NCBI GenBank assembly: GCA_041665365.1
Contig: JBAYIY010000001.1
Location: forward strand, 29,041-93,040
DNA from: Patescibacteria group bacterium
Lineage (GTDB): Bacteria; Patescibacteriota; Patescibacteriia; UBA9570
Length of the DNA stretch: 64,000 bases
Direction of reading: 5' to 3'
Part shown: positions 21,001 to 31,740 of the stretch, piece after piece
Numbering within the stretch: position 1 is the first letter of the stretch
How the letters are laid out: every line of letters begins with the position of its first letter
Notes under the pieces: generated by a model
The model's input: only the letters and a program-made list of their open reading frames with translations
The model's database searches: none
What the model was told of the DNA's origin: nothing
Program-made: the position numbers and the translations under genes

Positions 21001-21806
21001 AAATTTTTTGGAATGACAACCGAGACAATCGCATTATTGCCGTAACGCACCATCGATGTGACTGTGGCGGACTTGAACAATTCACTGCTGGCATCAACAA
21101 CTTGTTCAACGGTACCAATAATTAAACCGGCCGGAATATATTGATCTTGCCCATTGGTGACAATCATGTCTCCAGCCTGCAAGGGGTAGTCTTTTAAAAT
21201 ATATTGTAACAACAGACTAGTACCGAATTGGCCAACGACTAACCCACTGGTAGCATCTTCCGCCTGCGTTTTGGCTTGAATAGCACTATCATCATTAGTA
21301 ATTAGACGAACCTCACTGTAGGATTCATGTACCGCTGTAATCACACCCAACATCAAACCTGGCCCATATATAATTGGATAACCCACCTGAACATTGTCAG
21401 CATTACCAATGTTGATATACAGCCATTGTCCGACCGTACTATCACCCACCCTGGTTAATACTTTAGCCGGCTGTAAGGTATAATCGCGCTCTTGGGCAAA
21501 CGCTAACTCAGCGCTGTATTCTTCATATTGTTTTTGCTGTTGTTGCAAATCGTGATTTTGTTGCACTAAACTAGCCAGTTGATCTTTCATGGTTCGGTTT
21601 TCTGCTAAGAGTGTGCTATCGGTTGTACTGTATAAAGGGCTGTAAGAATCAATCGCCGCATAGGTTAAACTCATGGTGGGTTGTACGATTAAACTTAACC
21701 AGTGCTCGATTGGACGCAACCAACCCGCATAATAAACCACCACGGCTACACCGATCACGGCGAGCAGAGCTAACCATTGCCGCGCCTGATCTTGAATAAA
21801 TTTCAT
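20997..21806 (-). CDS. mreC: rod shape-determining protein MreC
   Basis: N-terminal TM helix, coiled coil and beta-rich C-terminal domains. Sits between mreB and mreD. Confidence 0.75.
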   Translation of the reverse strand: MKFIQDQARQWLALLAVIGVAVVVYYAGWLRPIEHWLSLIVQPTMSLTYAAIDSYSPLYSTTDSTLLAENRTMKDQLASLVQQNHDLQQQQKQYEEYSAELAFAQERDYTLQPAKVLTRVGDSTVGQWLYINIGNADNVQVGYPIIYGPGLMLGVITAVHESYSEVRLITNDDSAIQAKTQAEDATSGLVVGQFGTSLLLQYILKDYPLQAGDMIVTNGQDQYIPAGLIIGTVEQVVDASSELFKSATVTSMVRYGNNAIVSVVIPKNL

Positions 21807-22846
21807 GTCTGACTAGTGAAGATGATGGTTTGTTTCATCGCCTCAAGATCTTCTAGTACTAATCCGGTACCACGCGCCACAGCTGTTAATGGATCATCCA
21901 CCACGTGCACGGGAATTTTTGTTTCGGCAGCGATACGATCATCCAGCCGTTTTAATAGTGCCCCGCCACCGGTTAACATGATACCGCGATCATAAATATC
22001 TGCGACCAACTCGGGTGGAGTTGTTTCAATGGTATTACGAATACTCTCAATGATATTACTAATGGCTCGTTCCAAGGCAGCGCGCACATGCCGACTGGTT
22101 AAAGTTAATTCACGTGGTAAACCGGTGATCAAATCACGGCCGCGCACTGGCATGTCTAATTCCTCATCTAATGGCAGGGCTGAACCCAATTGTATTTTTG
22201 CCTGTTCGGCTGTCCGCTCACCAATTAATAAATTAAATTCATCACGCACAAAATTAACAATATCTTGGGTAAGATCATCTCCGGCCGTGCGTAAAGAACG
22301 CCAATTCACCACGCCACCTAACGCAATCACCGCCATTTCTGTAGTACCGCCACCAATATCTACAATCATCGTACCAATCGATTCCCCCACCGGTAGACGT
22401 GCGCCGATAGCTGCCGCCATTGGTTCTTCAATTAAAATTACTTCCTTGGCACCGGCATTACGCGCCGCATCTTCCACTGCTTTACGTTCCACTTCAGTCA
22501 CACCGAGTGGTATCGCTATCACCACGCGCGGGCGCGGTAAAATAGAAAATGATTCGCGATGGACTTTATCAATAAAATGTTTCAACATTTTTTCCGTGAC
22601 TTCGAAATCAGACACAACTCCTTTTACTAAGGGACGAGTCGCAATAATATGAGCTGGTGTTTTTCCGACCATCGCTTTAGCGTCTTGACCAACGGCTAGA
22701 ATTTGATCGGTTTGTGTGTTTACAGCCACAACAGATGGCTCATTGATAATGATGCCACGATCGCGCACATACACTAAAGTGTTGGCCGTACCGAGGTCAA
22801 TGCCAATATCTTTGGATACGCTACTAAAGAGATTTTTGAAATTCAT
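21803..22846 (-). CDS. mreB: rod shape-determining protein MreB
   Basis: Actin-fold 'IGIDLGTANTLVYV' phosphate-1 motif. Operon mreBCD-mrdA. Confidence 0.9.
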   Translation of the reverse strand: MNFKNLFSSVSKDIGIDLGTANTLVYVRDRGIIINEPSVVAVNTQTDQILAVGQDAKAMVGKTPAHIIATRPLVKGVVSDFEVTEKMLKHFIDKVHRESFSILPRPRVVIAIPLGVTEVERKAVEDAARNAGAKEVILIEEPMAAAIGARLPVGESIGTMIVDIGGGTTEMAVIALGGVVNWRSLRTAGDDLTQDIVNFVRDEFNLLIGERTAEQAKIQLGSALPLDEELDMPVRGRDLITGLPRELTLTSRHVRAALERAISNIIESIRNTIETTPPELVADIYDRGIMLTGGGALLKRLDDRIAAETKIPVHVVDDPLTAVARGTGLVLEDLEAMKQTIIFTSQT

Positions 22847-24068
22847 GATAGTTATTTATGTACTGTTCAGGGGTGACTAATTGTGTGGCTTCAGCTTGCC
22901 GTTGTTTCCATTCCAATTTCCCGGATGTTTTTTGACCAATAATTAATCGATCCGGCAAACCGAGCAAATCAGCATCAGCTAATTTATTCCCCACTGAAGT
23001 AATACGGTCGTCATAGAGTACCGAAATTTGCGCTTTTTGTAAAGCCGCATAGATCGTATTAGCCTGAGTACTATCTTTATTCAAGTTGATTAAGTGCGCC
23101 TGATATGGTGCCACACTCACTGGCCAAATAATACCTTTGTCATCATGATAGATTTCAACAATTGTGCCCAATAACCGCGTTAAGCCGATACCGTAACAGC
23201 CCATCACCACTGGCTGTTTCTGGCCGGTCTCGGCGGTAAACTCGAGCTTAAATGGTTCAGAAAACTTCGTCATTAACTTAAAGATGTTACCCACCTCAAT
23301 AGATTTTTTGGTATCAAATTGATCGTTGTCACAACTTGGACAAGTAGGAGTTTCTGACTTTATTTCTTTATTGATAGCCAAATGACATTGGGTGCAGATA
23401 AAAATAATATCTTCCCCTGCCTCAGTCACAGTTTGAAATTCGTGCGAATATTTTGCAAACGCCCCACCCGAGGCAAATGTCAAATAAGTAGTGTCGGCTA
23501 AACCCATCCGCTTAAAAATATTTTTGTAGGCTTGAGTGACTGCATCATAATATTTATCCAAATCTGACACTGAGCTATGAAAAGAATACATGTCTTTCAT
23601 CAAAAACTCTCGTCCGCGCAGAATGCCAGATTTAGGACGCAATTCTTTTCTAAATTTATGTTGAAACTGATACACCGCACACGGTAAATCTTTATAAGAT
23701 TGCACATATTGTTTTACTAGCGGCACAACAATTTCTTCATGAGTGGGACCTAGAGTATATTCATGACCAGCTTCATCTTGTAATTTATAGAGAATGTCAT
23801 GCATCGTATCCCACCGTCCGGTTTTTTGCCAATTCGCTTTCGGTTGCAAAGCCGGCATAGAAACTTCTTGCCCACCAACTAGGTTCATTTCCTCTCGAAT
23901 AATACCAGCAATACGATTAACCACTAAATTTCCCAAGGGCAATAATGTATAAACCCCGGCCATTAGTTTACTGATATAACCAGCGCGCAACAATAATTGT
24001 GCGTTAATACTAGTTTCCTCTTGATTGATCGATTTACTGGTTTTGGTAAACAACTGAGATTGACGCAT
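22824..24068 (-). CDS. proS: prolyl-tRNA synthetase (compact, no large editing insertion)
   Basis: Class II motifs and the 'YAIGLTRLLG' tail. 414 aa indicates no INS editing domain. Confidence 0.8.
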   Translation of the reverse strand: MRQSQLFTKTSKSINQEETSINAQLLLRAGYISKLMAGVYTLLPLGNLVVNRIAGIIREEMNLVGGQEVSMPALQPKANWQKTGRWDTMHDILYKLQDEAGHEYTLGPTHEEIVVPLVKQYVQSYKDLPCAVYQFQHKFRKELRPKSGILRGREFLMKDMYSFHSSVSDLDKYYDAVTQAYKNIFKRMGLADTTYLTFASGGAFAKYSHEFQTVTEAGEDIIFICTQCHLAINKEIKSETPTCPSCDNDQFDTKKSIEVGNIFKLMTKFSEPFKLEFTAETGQKQPVVMGCYGIGLTRLLGTIVEIYHDDKGIIWPVSVAPYQAHLINLNKDSTQANTIYAALQKAQISVLYDDRITSVGNKLADADLLGLPDRLIIGQKTSGKLEWKQRQAEATQLVTPEQYINNYHEFQKSL

Positions 24069-24072
24069 AAAT

Positions 24073-25164
24073 TTATCGCACTAGCCCCACGACATCTTTG
24101 ATCGTAACGGCCATAATGAATAATAAGAAAATAACAAACCCAATATTATGCACAATAATTTGCCATTTAGTTGGCACCGGTCGCCGAATAATGGCTTCCA
24201 CGACTACAAAAATAAGTTTTCCGCCATCCAGTGGTGGAAACGGTAATAAATTGAAGATGGCTAAATTGATTGACAGCATCCCAGCTAATTGTAAGAGATA
24301 AATGAAACCGAGTTGGGTCGCTTGATAGGTAATGCGCGCAATACCAACCGGTCCTGATACACTGCTCGAGACATCAACACCATGGAAAGCCCCAAGAATT
24401 AATCCACCCAGGGCTTGTAAGATTGCCACGGCGAATTTGTTGGTATAACGCGTCGCCTCAATGATAGCTCTATACCAGGGTAGGCGGACCGTACCAGATT
24501 CAACGAAATATGCCCCAATCCCTGCCGAGCCATCGGCTAACTGAATAGTGCTTGTATTCAATTCAAGGATTGTCTGGTCACGTTTAATGGCTAGTTTAAT
24601 CGGTGAATTTGGTAATACCGTTTTGAGTATGTCCTTGACTGCCACCACCGAACTGACTGTTTTACCATCTACAGCCACAACACTGTCAGAAATTTTTAAC
24701 CCAGCTTGAGCGGCGGGAGTATCAGCCGAAATGTCTGCCACTAAGATGGTCGGATTCGATACAGTGGCACCGGGTGGTAACTGATCAATATTTGATGGCA
24801 TACCGATCATATAGCCAACTGCAAATAAGCCAATGGTCAAAAGGTAATTCATGACAATACCAGCAATTAAAATCGCAAAGCGTCGCCACAAACTCTTAGC
24901 CATAAAATCATCTGATTGCTGATGATGTGGCTCATCATTCTCTTCAATCACACCTTTAATTTTGACGAAACCACCTAAGGGAATAGCATTAACGGAATAT
25001 AAAGTTTTACCAAATTTTTTTCCAAACAAGCGCGGTGGAAAGCCGAACCCAAACTCATCTACTTGTACTCCATTTAACCTGGCCACAATAAAGTGGCCAA
25101 ATTCATGGACTAATACCAACAGACCAAGGATGCAGATAAAACTAACCACTGACAATATCATCAT
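24073..25164 (-). CDS. rseP: RIP zinc metalloprotease RseP (M50, with PDZ)
   Basis: 'HEFGHF' motif in TM1, a PDZ-like middle domain, and an LDG motif near the C-terminus. Confidence 0.85.
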   Translation of the reverse strand: MMILSVVSFICILGLLVLVHEFGHFIVARLNGVQVDEFGFGFPPRLFGKKFGKTLYSVNAIPLGGFVKIKGVIEENDEPHHQQSDDFMAKSLWRRFAILIAGIVMNYLLTIGLFAVGYMIGMPSNIDQLPPGATVSNPTILVADISADTPAAQAGLKISDSVVAVDGKTVSSVVAVKDILKTVLPNSPIKLAIKRDQTILELNTSTIQLADGSAGIGAYFVESGTVRLPWYRAIIEATRYTNKFAVAILQALGGLILGAFHGVDVSSSVSGPVGIARITYQATQLGFIYLLQLAGMLSINLAIFNLLPFPPLDGGKLIFVVVEAIIRRPVPTKWQIIVHNIGFVIFLLFIMAVTIKDVVGLVR

Positions 25165-25694
25165 AATGTCATGACATCAGCCGCTTTCTTATCAGCTAAC
25201 GTAGTTACCTCCTTATTATATTGATCGACTAATTTTTGAATGTTTTTTTGTTCAGCAAAAGCTTGATCTTCAGACATGGCTTTATCGACTTTCTTAGTTT
25301 TAATGTCATTCATACATTCTTCACGCAGTAATTTAATATGAACTTTAGCCGCTTCGGCTCGATCTGACACTAATTTCACAATTTCTTTACGTTTTTCTTC
25401 AGTTAAAGGTGGAAAAGGCAAACGAACGACGGCGCCATCGACAGTTGGATTATAATCACGTCCACACATCCGTAACGCCCGCTCGACATCTTTGAGAATA
25501 CTTTTATCCCAGGGTTGAATCACTAACTGCGTCGCTCCTTGACTGGTAATAGTGGATAATTGTGATAGCGCTGTTTTTGTGCCGTAGGCTTCGACCAGAA
25601 CATCATCCAACACGGCTGGCGTCACTCGCCCAACTTGTAATCCAAGTAATTCTTTTTGAAAATGGGCAATGATATTAGCAAATTTTTCTGTCAT
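25161..25694 (-). CDS. frr: ribosome recycling factor
   Basis: Full-length alignment-like similarity ('VRLPFPPLTEEKRKE'). Confidence 0.9.
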   Translation of the reverse strand: MTEKFANIIAHFQKELLGLQVGRVTPAVLDDVLVEAYGTKTALSQLSTITSQGATQLVIQPWDKSILKDVERALRMCGRDYNPTVDGAVVRLPFPPLTEEKRKEIVKLVSDRAEAAKVHIKLLREECMNDIKTKKVDKAMSEDQAFAEQKNIQKLVDQYNKEVTTLADKKAADVMTL

Positions 25695-25703
25695 ATAAAT
25701 TTA

Positions 25704-26813
25704 TTATTTAGGTTGCTTAAGCAAGCCACTTTGTTCTTCAACTTTAAACATCCCAGCATACATGACATTAGGCGTTTGGGGATCAATTAAATAGCGATAA
25801 ATTTTTCGCACGGACGGAAAATTCTCAATCACTTTCCAGGTGACACCCGCATCAACCGATTTATGCACAACATTATTTAATGTGAAAAATATTTCATTGG
25901 AATTACCTGGTGTTGTCCAGACATTTCTAATGTCATCATTTTGTTTATCATCAGCACCAATTAACGTTACAATGTCACTCCATGTCGTACCATTATCGGT
26001 ACCGCGCATAATGCCGCGCCGGGTGACAATAAATACAATGGTCGAATCATTACTATCCAACGCCATATCATCGACTTTATCGGCTCCCGGAAATTGTTGT
26101 TTAAAATCTTTATCTAATAACAACGTCCAACCAGAATTAATGGTGTCGGCTGTTTCATCCGGAATTGGTTCCCCACCATTGTCAGTTTTATAAACATAAC
26201 CATCAGTGTTTAACACATAAATAATTCTGGTATCATGTTTGGCGATAAATATCCGTTTAATCCCATCCCCTTTTTGCATACGTAAATCCCAATTAACTCC
26301 GTAATCAACACTCTTTAAGAGAGTCCCGGCTGACGTACCAGCATAAACCCGATTATGTTCATAGTTATCCACCACTACTGTAGTAATAGATGCACCTTGC
26401 ACATCACTATAAACTGTTTCCCAGCTCACACCTTGGTCAGATGATTTTAATACTTTAGTATCTTGTGCGACATAAACATTGTTTGGATCAACCGGGTCAA
26501 CTGCAATCGCATTAATCGTGCCCGTATTAACCTGTTGTGATTGAATCCAACTCTCGCCACCAGTTAAGGTAATATATAATCCCTGCCCGGCTGTACCGAT
26601 ATAAATAATATTTGGATCAGTTGGGTGGAAGGTCATCGCCAGAATATTTAGATCACTAATAGTAACGGCGGTTTTACCATTCATTTTTACAAAATTCACT
26701 TGTTCCCAATTTTCTCCTGAATCAAGCGAGCGAAACACACCGCCGTCAACGCGTTGATTACAACTAGCACCTAACAATAATACTGGTAGAAGAAAAAGGG
26801 CGAGTTGTTTCAT
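25704..26813 (-). CDS. secreted BNR/Asp-box repeat beta-propeller protein
   Basis: Signal peptide and at least six S-x-D-x-G-x-T-W Asp-box repeats ('SSDQGVSWETV', 'SVDYGVNWDL', 'GTDNGTTWSDI', 'SVDAGVTWKVI'). Confidence 0.65.
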   Translation of the reverse strand: MKQLALFLLPVLLLGASCNQRVDGGVFRSLDSGENWEQVNFVKMNGKTAVTISDLNILAMTFHPTDPNIIYIGTAGQGLYITLTGGESWIQSQQVNTGTINAIAVDPVDPNNVYVAQDTKVLKSSDQGVSWETVYSDVQGASITTVVVDNYEHNRVYAGTSAGTLLKSVDYGVNWDLRMQKGDGIKRIFIAKHDTRIIYVLNTDGYVYKTDNGGEPIPDETADTINSGWTLLLDKDFKQQFPGADKVDDMALDSNDSTIVFIVTRRGIMRGTDNGTTWSDIVTLIGADDKQNDDIRNVWTTPGNSNEIFFTLNNVVHKSVDAGVTWKVIENFPSVRKIYRYLIDPQTPNVMYAGMFKVEEQSGLLKQPK

Positions 26814-27586
26814 AAGATGGGATTAATATTCAAAAGTAAGTTAGTATAAATAAATTTGGCTTGCACCGCCTGAGCTGACTGTCGTCTAGCCTGAGCCACC
26901 AGGGTTAAACCGTGCAGGGCTGCTGCCGTCGGCAAGGCTTGATACAGGACAAGTTCAATTTGATCCAACACTTCAGATAATTGATCAGCTTTGATGATAT
27001 CACCAAGGCGCTCAGCACTGGGACGTTGTAATAACACGCGATAACGTTCCAAGCTCGGCTGCAGTTTTTTGAGCTGTTTCACCTTGCCTGGCAACCCTTG
27101 CGCCAATGGCAGCATATTAGCCTGAGCGGGAAAGGCCGCTATCATAGCCGCATCACTGACGCGCTCAAACCAGAGCACCTGGCAGCGTGATTGCACTGTA
27201 CTAGGGATATTGTCTAGGGCGGTCACTAACAAATATATCGTCACACGACTACGTGGCTCTTCGAGCACCTTTAGTAGGGCGTTCCAAACTTGGTAGCTTA
27301 GCTCCTGTGCTTGATTGATAACGATAGCCCGCTGCCCTGACCACAAACTTGTTTCCATAGTCGTGGCTATCATGGCTCGAGCTGTTGTCAGATCAAAATC
27401 GGCTCCGGAAAACCAAGCTACATTGGCCTCAGCTAAATTGGCAAGATGCTGGCTCAGAAAAGTGGTTTTACCGATATGTTCTGGTCCAACCCATAATTGA
27501 GCTGGCGGGACTATACCACTTTTTTGCAGATTTTGCAAATACTGTTGGATCATTTTGTTTCCAACTAACTCGATCTTCTTAGGCAT
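26810..27586 (-). CDS. holB: DNA polymerase III delta' subunit
   Basis: AAA+ fold with degenerate Walker A 'GPEHIGKTTF'. Confidence 0.7.
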   Translation of the reverse strand: MPKKIELVGNKMIQQYLQNLQKSGIVPPAQLWVGPEHIGKTTFLSQHLANLAEANVAWFSGADFDLTTARAMIATTMETSLWSGQRAIVINQAQELSYQVWNALLKVLEEPRSRVTIYLLVTALDNIPSTVQSRCQVLWFERVSDAAMIAAFPAQANMLPLAQGLPGKVKQLKKLQPSLERYRVLLQRPSAERLGDIIKADQLSEVLDQIELVLYQALPTAAALHGLTLVAQARRQSAQAVQAKFIYTNLLLNINPIL

Positions 27587-27590
27587 GATT

Positions 27591-28757
27591 CTAGTCTACT
27601 TGGGATAACAAAACTTGCCAAGTTTGTTCAGCGCAACGTTCCCAAGAAAACTGCTTAACTTGAGTTAAACTTTTCTGACGAGCCACACTCTGATCAGCTT
27701 GCAAACAAGTTAAAATGGTTTGAGCCATATGGTGAGGATCGGTCTGGTTAAAAAACCAACACGCCTCACCGCCCACTTCCCGCAAGGCTCCAATATCTGA
27801 ACAAGCTACTTTTGTTCCCACGGCTAGCGCTTCAAGCACCGGGATACCAAAGCCCTCATAGTGTGACGGAAAAATAAAGGCACTCGCTTGGCGCATGAGA
27901 TCGGGTAAAGCACTAGCTTCGGTATAACCCAAGAATTTAACATCCCGCTCTAGTTTTTGATCTTTCACCAACTGGGTTATTTGTTCATAACCAAAACCAG
28001 GTTGCCCAGCTAACCAGAGTTGCTCGGGAATGTGTCTAGTGTGTTTTAATTCAGCAAAAGCTAAAATTAAATTATTGATGTTTTTCTTTAACTCAATACG
28101 GCCAACAAAAAACAGATACGATTGTGTCATGGTTACTTTATTCGGTGTCTCATAGTATGATGTTCGATCATAACCATTGTGCACTACGGCTATTTTATGA
28201 TCAGACACTGTATAACAATTTTGTAATTCATGTTTAGTGAATTCAGAAATAGTGATTATTTTTTTGGCATGACGCACTGCAAAGCGCATGGAGTAACGGT
28301 GATAATCCAACTCAGTCGTGCCATATTTACCGAGTGTTAAAATTTTTATTAACCAGTGTAAAATTTTTCCACCAATATAAGTATTGGCATACAAGGCGGC
28401 ATTGCGTTCAAACCCTAAATCATGGGCGACATAGACAGTGTTTCTGACATGAATTAATGGAATGGTATGAGCCGGAATGAAGAGCACATCCGGCCTAAGC
28501 CATGGTACCAGCATGGTGAGAGATAAACGTAATTGCGTCCATAATAATTTGGGTGGCCAGCGCAATATTCGTATTTCCCAATCGGCTGGTAAATCTTTCA
28601 GATCAGCTACTAATGGTTCTTTGAGATACAACACAATGTGGTGTTGAGTTGGATCGTAAATGCGGGCAAAGTTTTTTAATAAATAATAACAATACCACTC
28701 TGTACCAGTGCGCTGTCGAACATTCGCCCGAGAGGCATCGATACCGATCGTAATCAT
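27591..28757 (-). CDS. GT4 family glycosyltransferase
   Basis: 'FPSHYEGFGIPVLEALAVG' GT-B signature. Confidence 0.8.
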   Translation of the reverse strand: MITIGIDASRANVRQRTGTEWYCYYLLKNFARIYDPTQHHIVLYLKEPLVADLKDLPADWEIRILRWPPKLLWTQLRLSLTMLVPWLRPDVLFIPAHTIPLIHVRNTVYVAHDLGFERNAALYANTYIGGKILHWLIKILTLGKYGTTELDYHRYSMRFAVRHAKKIITISEFTKHELQNCYTVSDHKIAVVHNGYDRTSYYETPNKVTMTQSYLFFVGRIELKKNINNLILAFAELKHTRHIPEQLWLAGQPGFGYEQITQLVKDQKLERDVKFLGYTEASALPDLMRQASAFIFPSHYEGFGIPVLEALAVGTKVACSDIGALREVGGEACWFFNQTDPHHMAQTILTCLQADQSVARQKSLTQVKQFSWERCAEQTWQVLLSQVD

Positions 28758-29761
28758 CGGGTCGACAAAATAGATCGTTTGTAGGATTCCAAATTTTCTA
28801 GAGCAATACCCGTACCTTTCACCACATTTTGTAACGGATCATCCGCTAAATAAGCCGGTACATTGATCGCGCGCGCCAATAATTCATCCAAATTTCGCAG
28901 CATCCCGGAACCACCCGATACAACCATGCCTTTATCAATTACATCAGCCGACAACTCGGGCGGCGTGTCTTGCAAAACAGATTTTACAGCTTGCACAATA
29001 CCCTGCAGTTCATCCTGAATGGCTTCAGTGATATCATCTGATGTAACTGTAGCCGTGCGCGGTAAACCGGTGACCATGTCACGCCCACGCACATCCATCG
29101 ATAATCGATCGGTCATCGGTAAAGCCGAACCAATTTTGATTTTTAATTCTTCTGCACTCCGTTCCCCAATGGCTAAATTAAACTGTTTGCGCACATACTC
29201 TTGAATAGCCGCATCAAACTTGGTGCCGCCAATGCGCACAGATGTATTGGCCACAATTCCGCCCAAGGAAATAACCGCAATTTCACTAGTGCCACCACCA
29301 ATCTCAATAATCATATGCCCCGAGGCTGAACCAATCGGAATCCCCGCACCAATCGCTGACGCCACCGGTTGCTTGATAATAAAAGCCGCTTTCGCTCCGG
29401 CTTGTAACGTAGCATCAATTACCGCCCGACGTTCTGTGGAAGTAATACCAGCCGGTACCGCGATCATCACTTCCGGACTAATAAACCGGACACCACCTAA
29501 TGCCTTATTAATAAAATAACGCAACATACTTTCCGTAGTTTTATAATCCGCAATCACCCCTTCTTTTAGTGGACGTTTGGCCACGATGGTATCCGGTGTA
29601 CGGCCTAACATTTCACGCGCTTCACTGCCCACAGCTAACACCTTGCCGTCATGTTGACTAACGGCCACAACGGACGGTTCATTTATAGCAATACCGCGCT
29701 TAGGTACGTAAACCAATGTGTTTACAGTCCCAAGGTCGATTCCAATTTTTTTAACAAACAT
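28754..29761 (-). CDS. MreB/Mbl-type actin-like protein (second paralogue)
   Basis: 'IGIDLGTVNTLVYV'. ~55-60% identical by eye to the mreB at 21803-22846. Its ATGA stop/start overlaps the downstream GT4 gene. Confidence 0.85.
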   Translation of the reverse strand: MFVKKIGIDLGTVNTLVYVPKRGIAINEPSVVAVSQHDGKVLAVGSEAREMLGRTPDTIVAKRPLKEGVIADYKTTESMLRYFINKALGGVRFISPEVMIAVPAGITSTERRAVIDATLQAGAKAAFIIKQPVASAIGAGIPIGSASGHMIIEIGGGTSEIAVISLGGIVANTSVRIGGTKFDAAIQEYVRKQFNLAIGERSAEELKIKIGSALPMTDRLSMDVRGRDMVTGLPRTATVTSDDITEAIQDELQGIVQAVKSVLQDTPPELSADVIDKGMVVSGGSGMLRNLDELLARAINVPAYLADDPLQNVVKGTGIALENLESYKRSILSTR

Positions 29762-29766
29762 AAGGT

Positions 29767-31740
29767 TTACTTATAGTCGACTGTCATGACCACATCACGC
29801 CATAAAGGCATTGTCAAATGCACCTTAGTATTATCAATTGTAACGGTTTCGTCAAGAGCCTGAGCGGCTAAGACTTTTCGCCCGGCATCAATGTTCATAG
29901 TGGCTGTGACATTGTTTGTCCCTGGCTGTTTTTGCCAGGTTAACTGATATGTACCAGCCATAATTTGCTCACCAATGCGCTCGGGCAACCGATAACTCAA
30001 CTTGATGGTATCCTCAGTTTTAGGCTCAACCGAAATGAACCCGCCAAACACAGTTTTATGCACAGCCTCATCTTCACTACTAGTGGCTGCTACGGGGTCT
30101 CCACCTAAATAGCGATCGTTTGTTAAAAATCCTTCACTACTAAGTAACTCACTACCAATCGGCGCATAGATTCTGGTATAACTGCGATAGCGTGTGGTGA
30201 AATCATCAAACACACCATCGTTTTTATAGTGCATAACGATATCCGCCTGCCAGTGATCACCGACTTTGGTGACAGTATAATCAATTGTCTTAGTCATGAC
30301 TCGATCGGTTTTTTTGGCGGCCAAATTGGCATCGATCACCATTAAATAATCGTTATCTGTTACCGTGACAGAACCATCCCACCCAATCTGATGCATTAAA
30401 TTCTGCACGGCAGCATCATTGGAATACACCAAGAGATGTTTTTCTTCAAAGTTAGTAATGGCTAGATCACCCAATTTACCCCAATCAGACTGCGGCAAAT
30501 TCATCACGCGATTCATAATCTCAGCGGCTAGCTTACCAATGACGGCTTTACGCGCTGCGTCGGACACCCCTTCCTTATAATAGGCAATTTCCACTTGATA
30601 TTGTAGTTTTTCAGTGAGATTATCAGCATTATATTCATCACCATCAATCACAATCGGGCCGGTAATCACAAGTAAATCATGAATCACTTCCGGCGTTACG
30701 GCAATCACACCATCGATGTGGGTGGTGGATTGTGATTCACGAGTATAAAAATCTTCGGCGCGGGCGGCTGAGGTAGGAAAATCAGGATCCCAATTAGAAT
30801 CGCGCAGATACCAACGTGAGGCATCGAGATATTTTTGTAATGGTTCCGGTGGAGTTTCCGACCAAGTATATTTTACTTTGTTATCAATATTATAAATATT
30901 ATCGGTTTTAAATTCTTCAATGTTACCGCTTTTCAATTGCAAAATACCGTAGGTGCCAATAAAACCCCCGGTTGGTCTTAATTCGGTATTGTTTTGTAAA
31001 AGAAACAGATAAGTTTTACTGTCTGGATAACCAGCAATGGTTGGTGCCACTGTTAAAAATGGTAAACCCTTATTAACCGCTGCCTCAATATTAGGCAGAT
31101 TGGTTTTAATAGTACTGACAATGATAGCTAATGGTCCAATCACGCCTTTATCCGGCAAGTCTTGCAGGGCGGTGACAGAGGCTTGTAAATCAGACTGAGC
31201 CGCCGTTAATGTATCTGGCGATTCACTAATAGTTTTTAAAAAGGCCTCGCGCTCCGCTTTACCAATTTTATTAGCGGTCGTACTTTTGTCACCCACTAAT
31301 TTATCGACTTCTTGAATGATTTTCACGAGTGGTTTACCGGCTTGTATGCCCTTATCACTGGCCAACAAAAGCTGATCCACTACCTGAAATTGTGTATGCA
31401 CATACGGCAACCATTTGATGGGCCATAAGCCATCTGATGCCGCCCGGGCTAAAGTAATATGTTCCGACGCTTGATTTAAATTGTCATTTATTGCCGTATA
31501 TTTCTTATCGGCAATATTCTGTTGTATCTTAGTAGCATCATTTTTCAGCGCCATACCAGCCTGGTATAAGCGCCGGGCTTGATAAGTTGAATACCCTCCG
31601 ACTATCAGTAGAATCACAATGACGACAAATAAACCTATATATAAAGGTTTACGATTGCGACGCCGTTTTGGTCCAATCACTTTAGCTGGTGTATCAACCG
31701 AACGAATCTCAGGAATTTTTTCCATAACCTTGTTTAGCAA
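29767..31740 (-). CDS. DUF4012-like single-pass membrane protein with large extracytoplasmic domain
   Basis: Basic cytoplasmic tail 'KRRRNRK', one TM helix, and a ~600-aa exterior domain. Architecture and context resemble DUF4012 proteins of cell-envelope polysaccharide loci. Confidence 0.45.
   Translation of the reverse strand: MLNKVMEKIPEIRSVDTPAKVIGPKRRRNRKPLYIGLFVVIVILLIVGGYSTYQARRLYQAGMALKNDATKIQQNIADKKYTAINDNLNQASEHITLARAASDGLWPIKWLPYVHTQFQVVDQLLLASDKGIQAGKPLVKIIQEVDKLVGDKSTTANKIGKAEREAFLKTISESPDTLTAAQSDLQASVTALQDLPDKGVIGPLAIIVSTIKTNLPNIEAAVNKGLPFLTVAPTIAGYPDSKTYLFLLQNNTELRPTGGFIGTYGILQLKSGNIEEFKTDNIYNIDNKVKYTWSETPPEPLQKYLDASRWYLRDSNWDPDFPTSAARAEDFYTRESQSTTHIDGVIAVTPEVIHDLLVITGPIVIDGDEYNADNLTEKLQYQVEIAYYKEGVSDAARKAVIGKLAAEIMNRVMNLPQSDWGKLGDLAITNFEEKHLLVYSNDAAVQNLMHQIGWDGSVTVTDNDYLMVIDANLAAKKTDRVMTKTIDYTVTKVGDHWQADIVMHYKNDGVFDDFTTRYRSYTRIYAPIGSELLSSEGFLTNDRYLGGDPVAATSSEDEAVHKTVFGGFISVEPKTEDTIKLSYRLPERIGEQIMAGTYQLTWQKQPGTNNVTATMNIDAGRKVLAAQALDETVTIDNTKVHLTMPLWRDVVMTVDYK

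Noticed and set aside
22029-22652. 207-aa ORF antisense to mreB
   Set aside because: It lies entirely inside a highly conserved mreB coding region on the opposite strand. The composition is low-complexity (Ser/Arg/Pro-rich), typical of antisense read-through ORFs.
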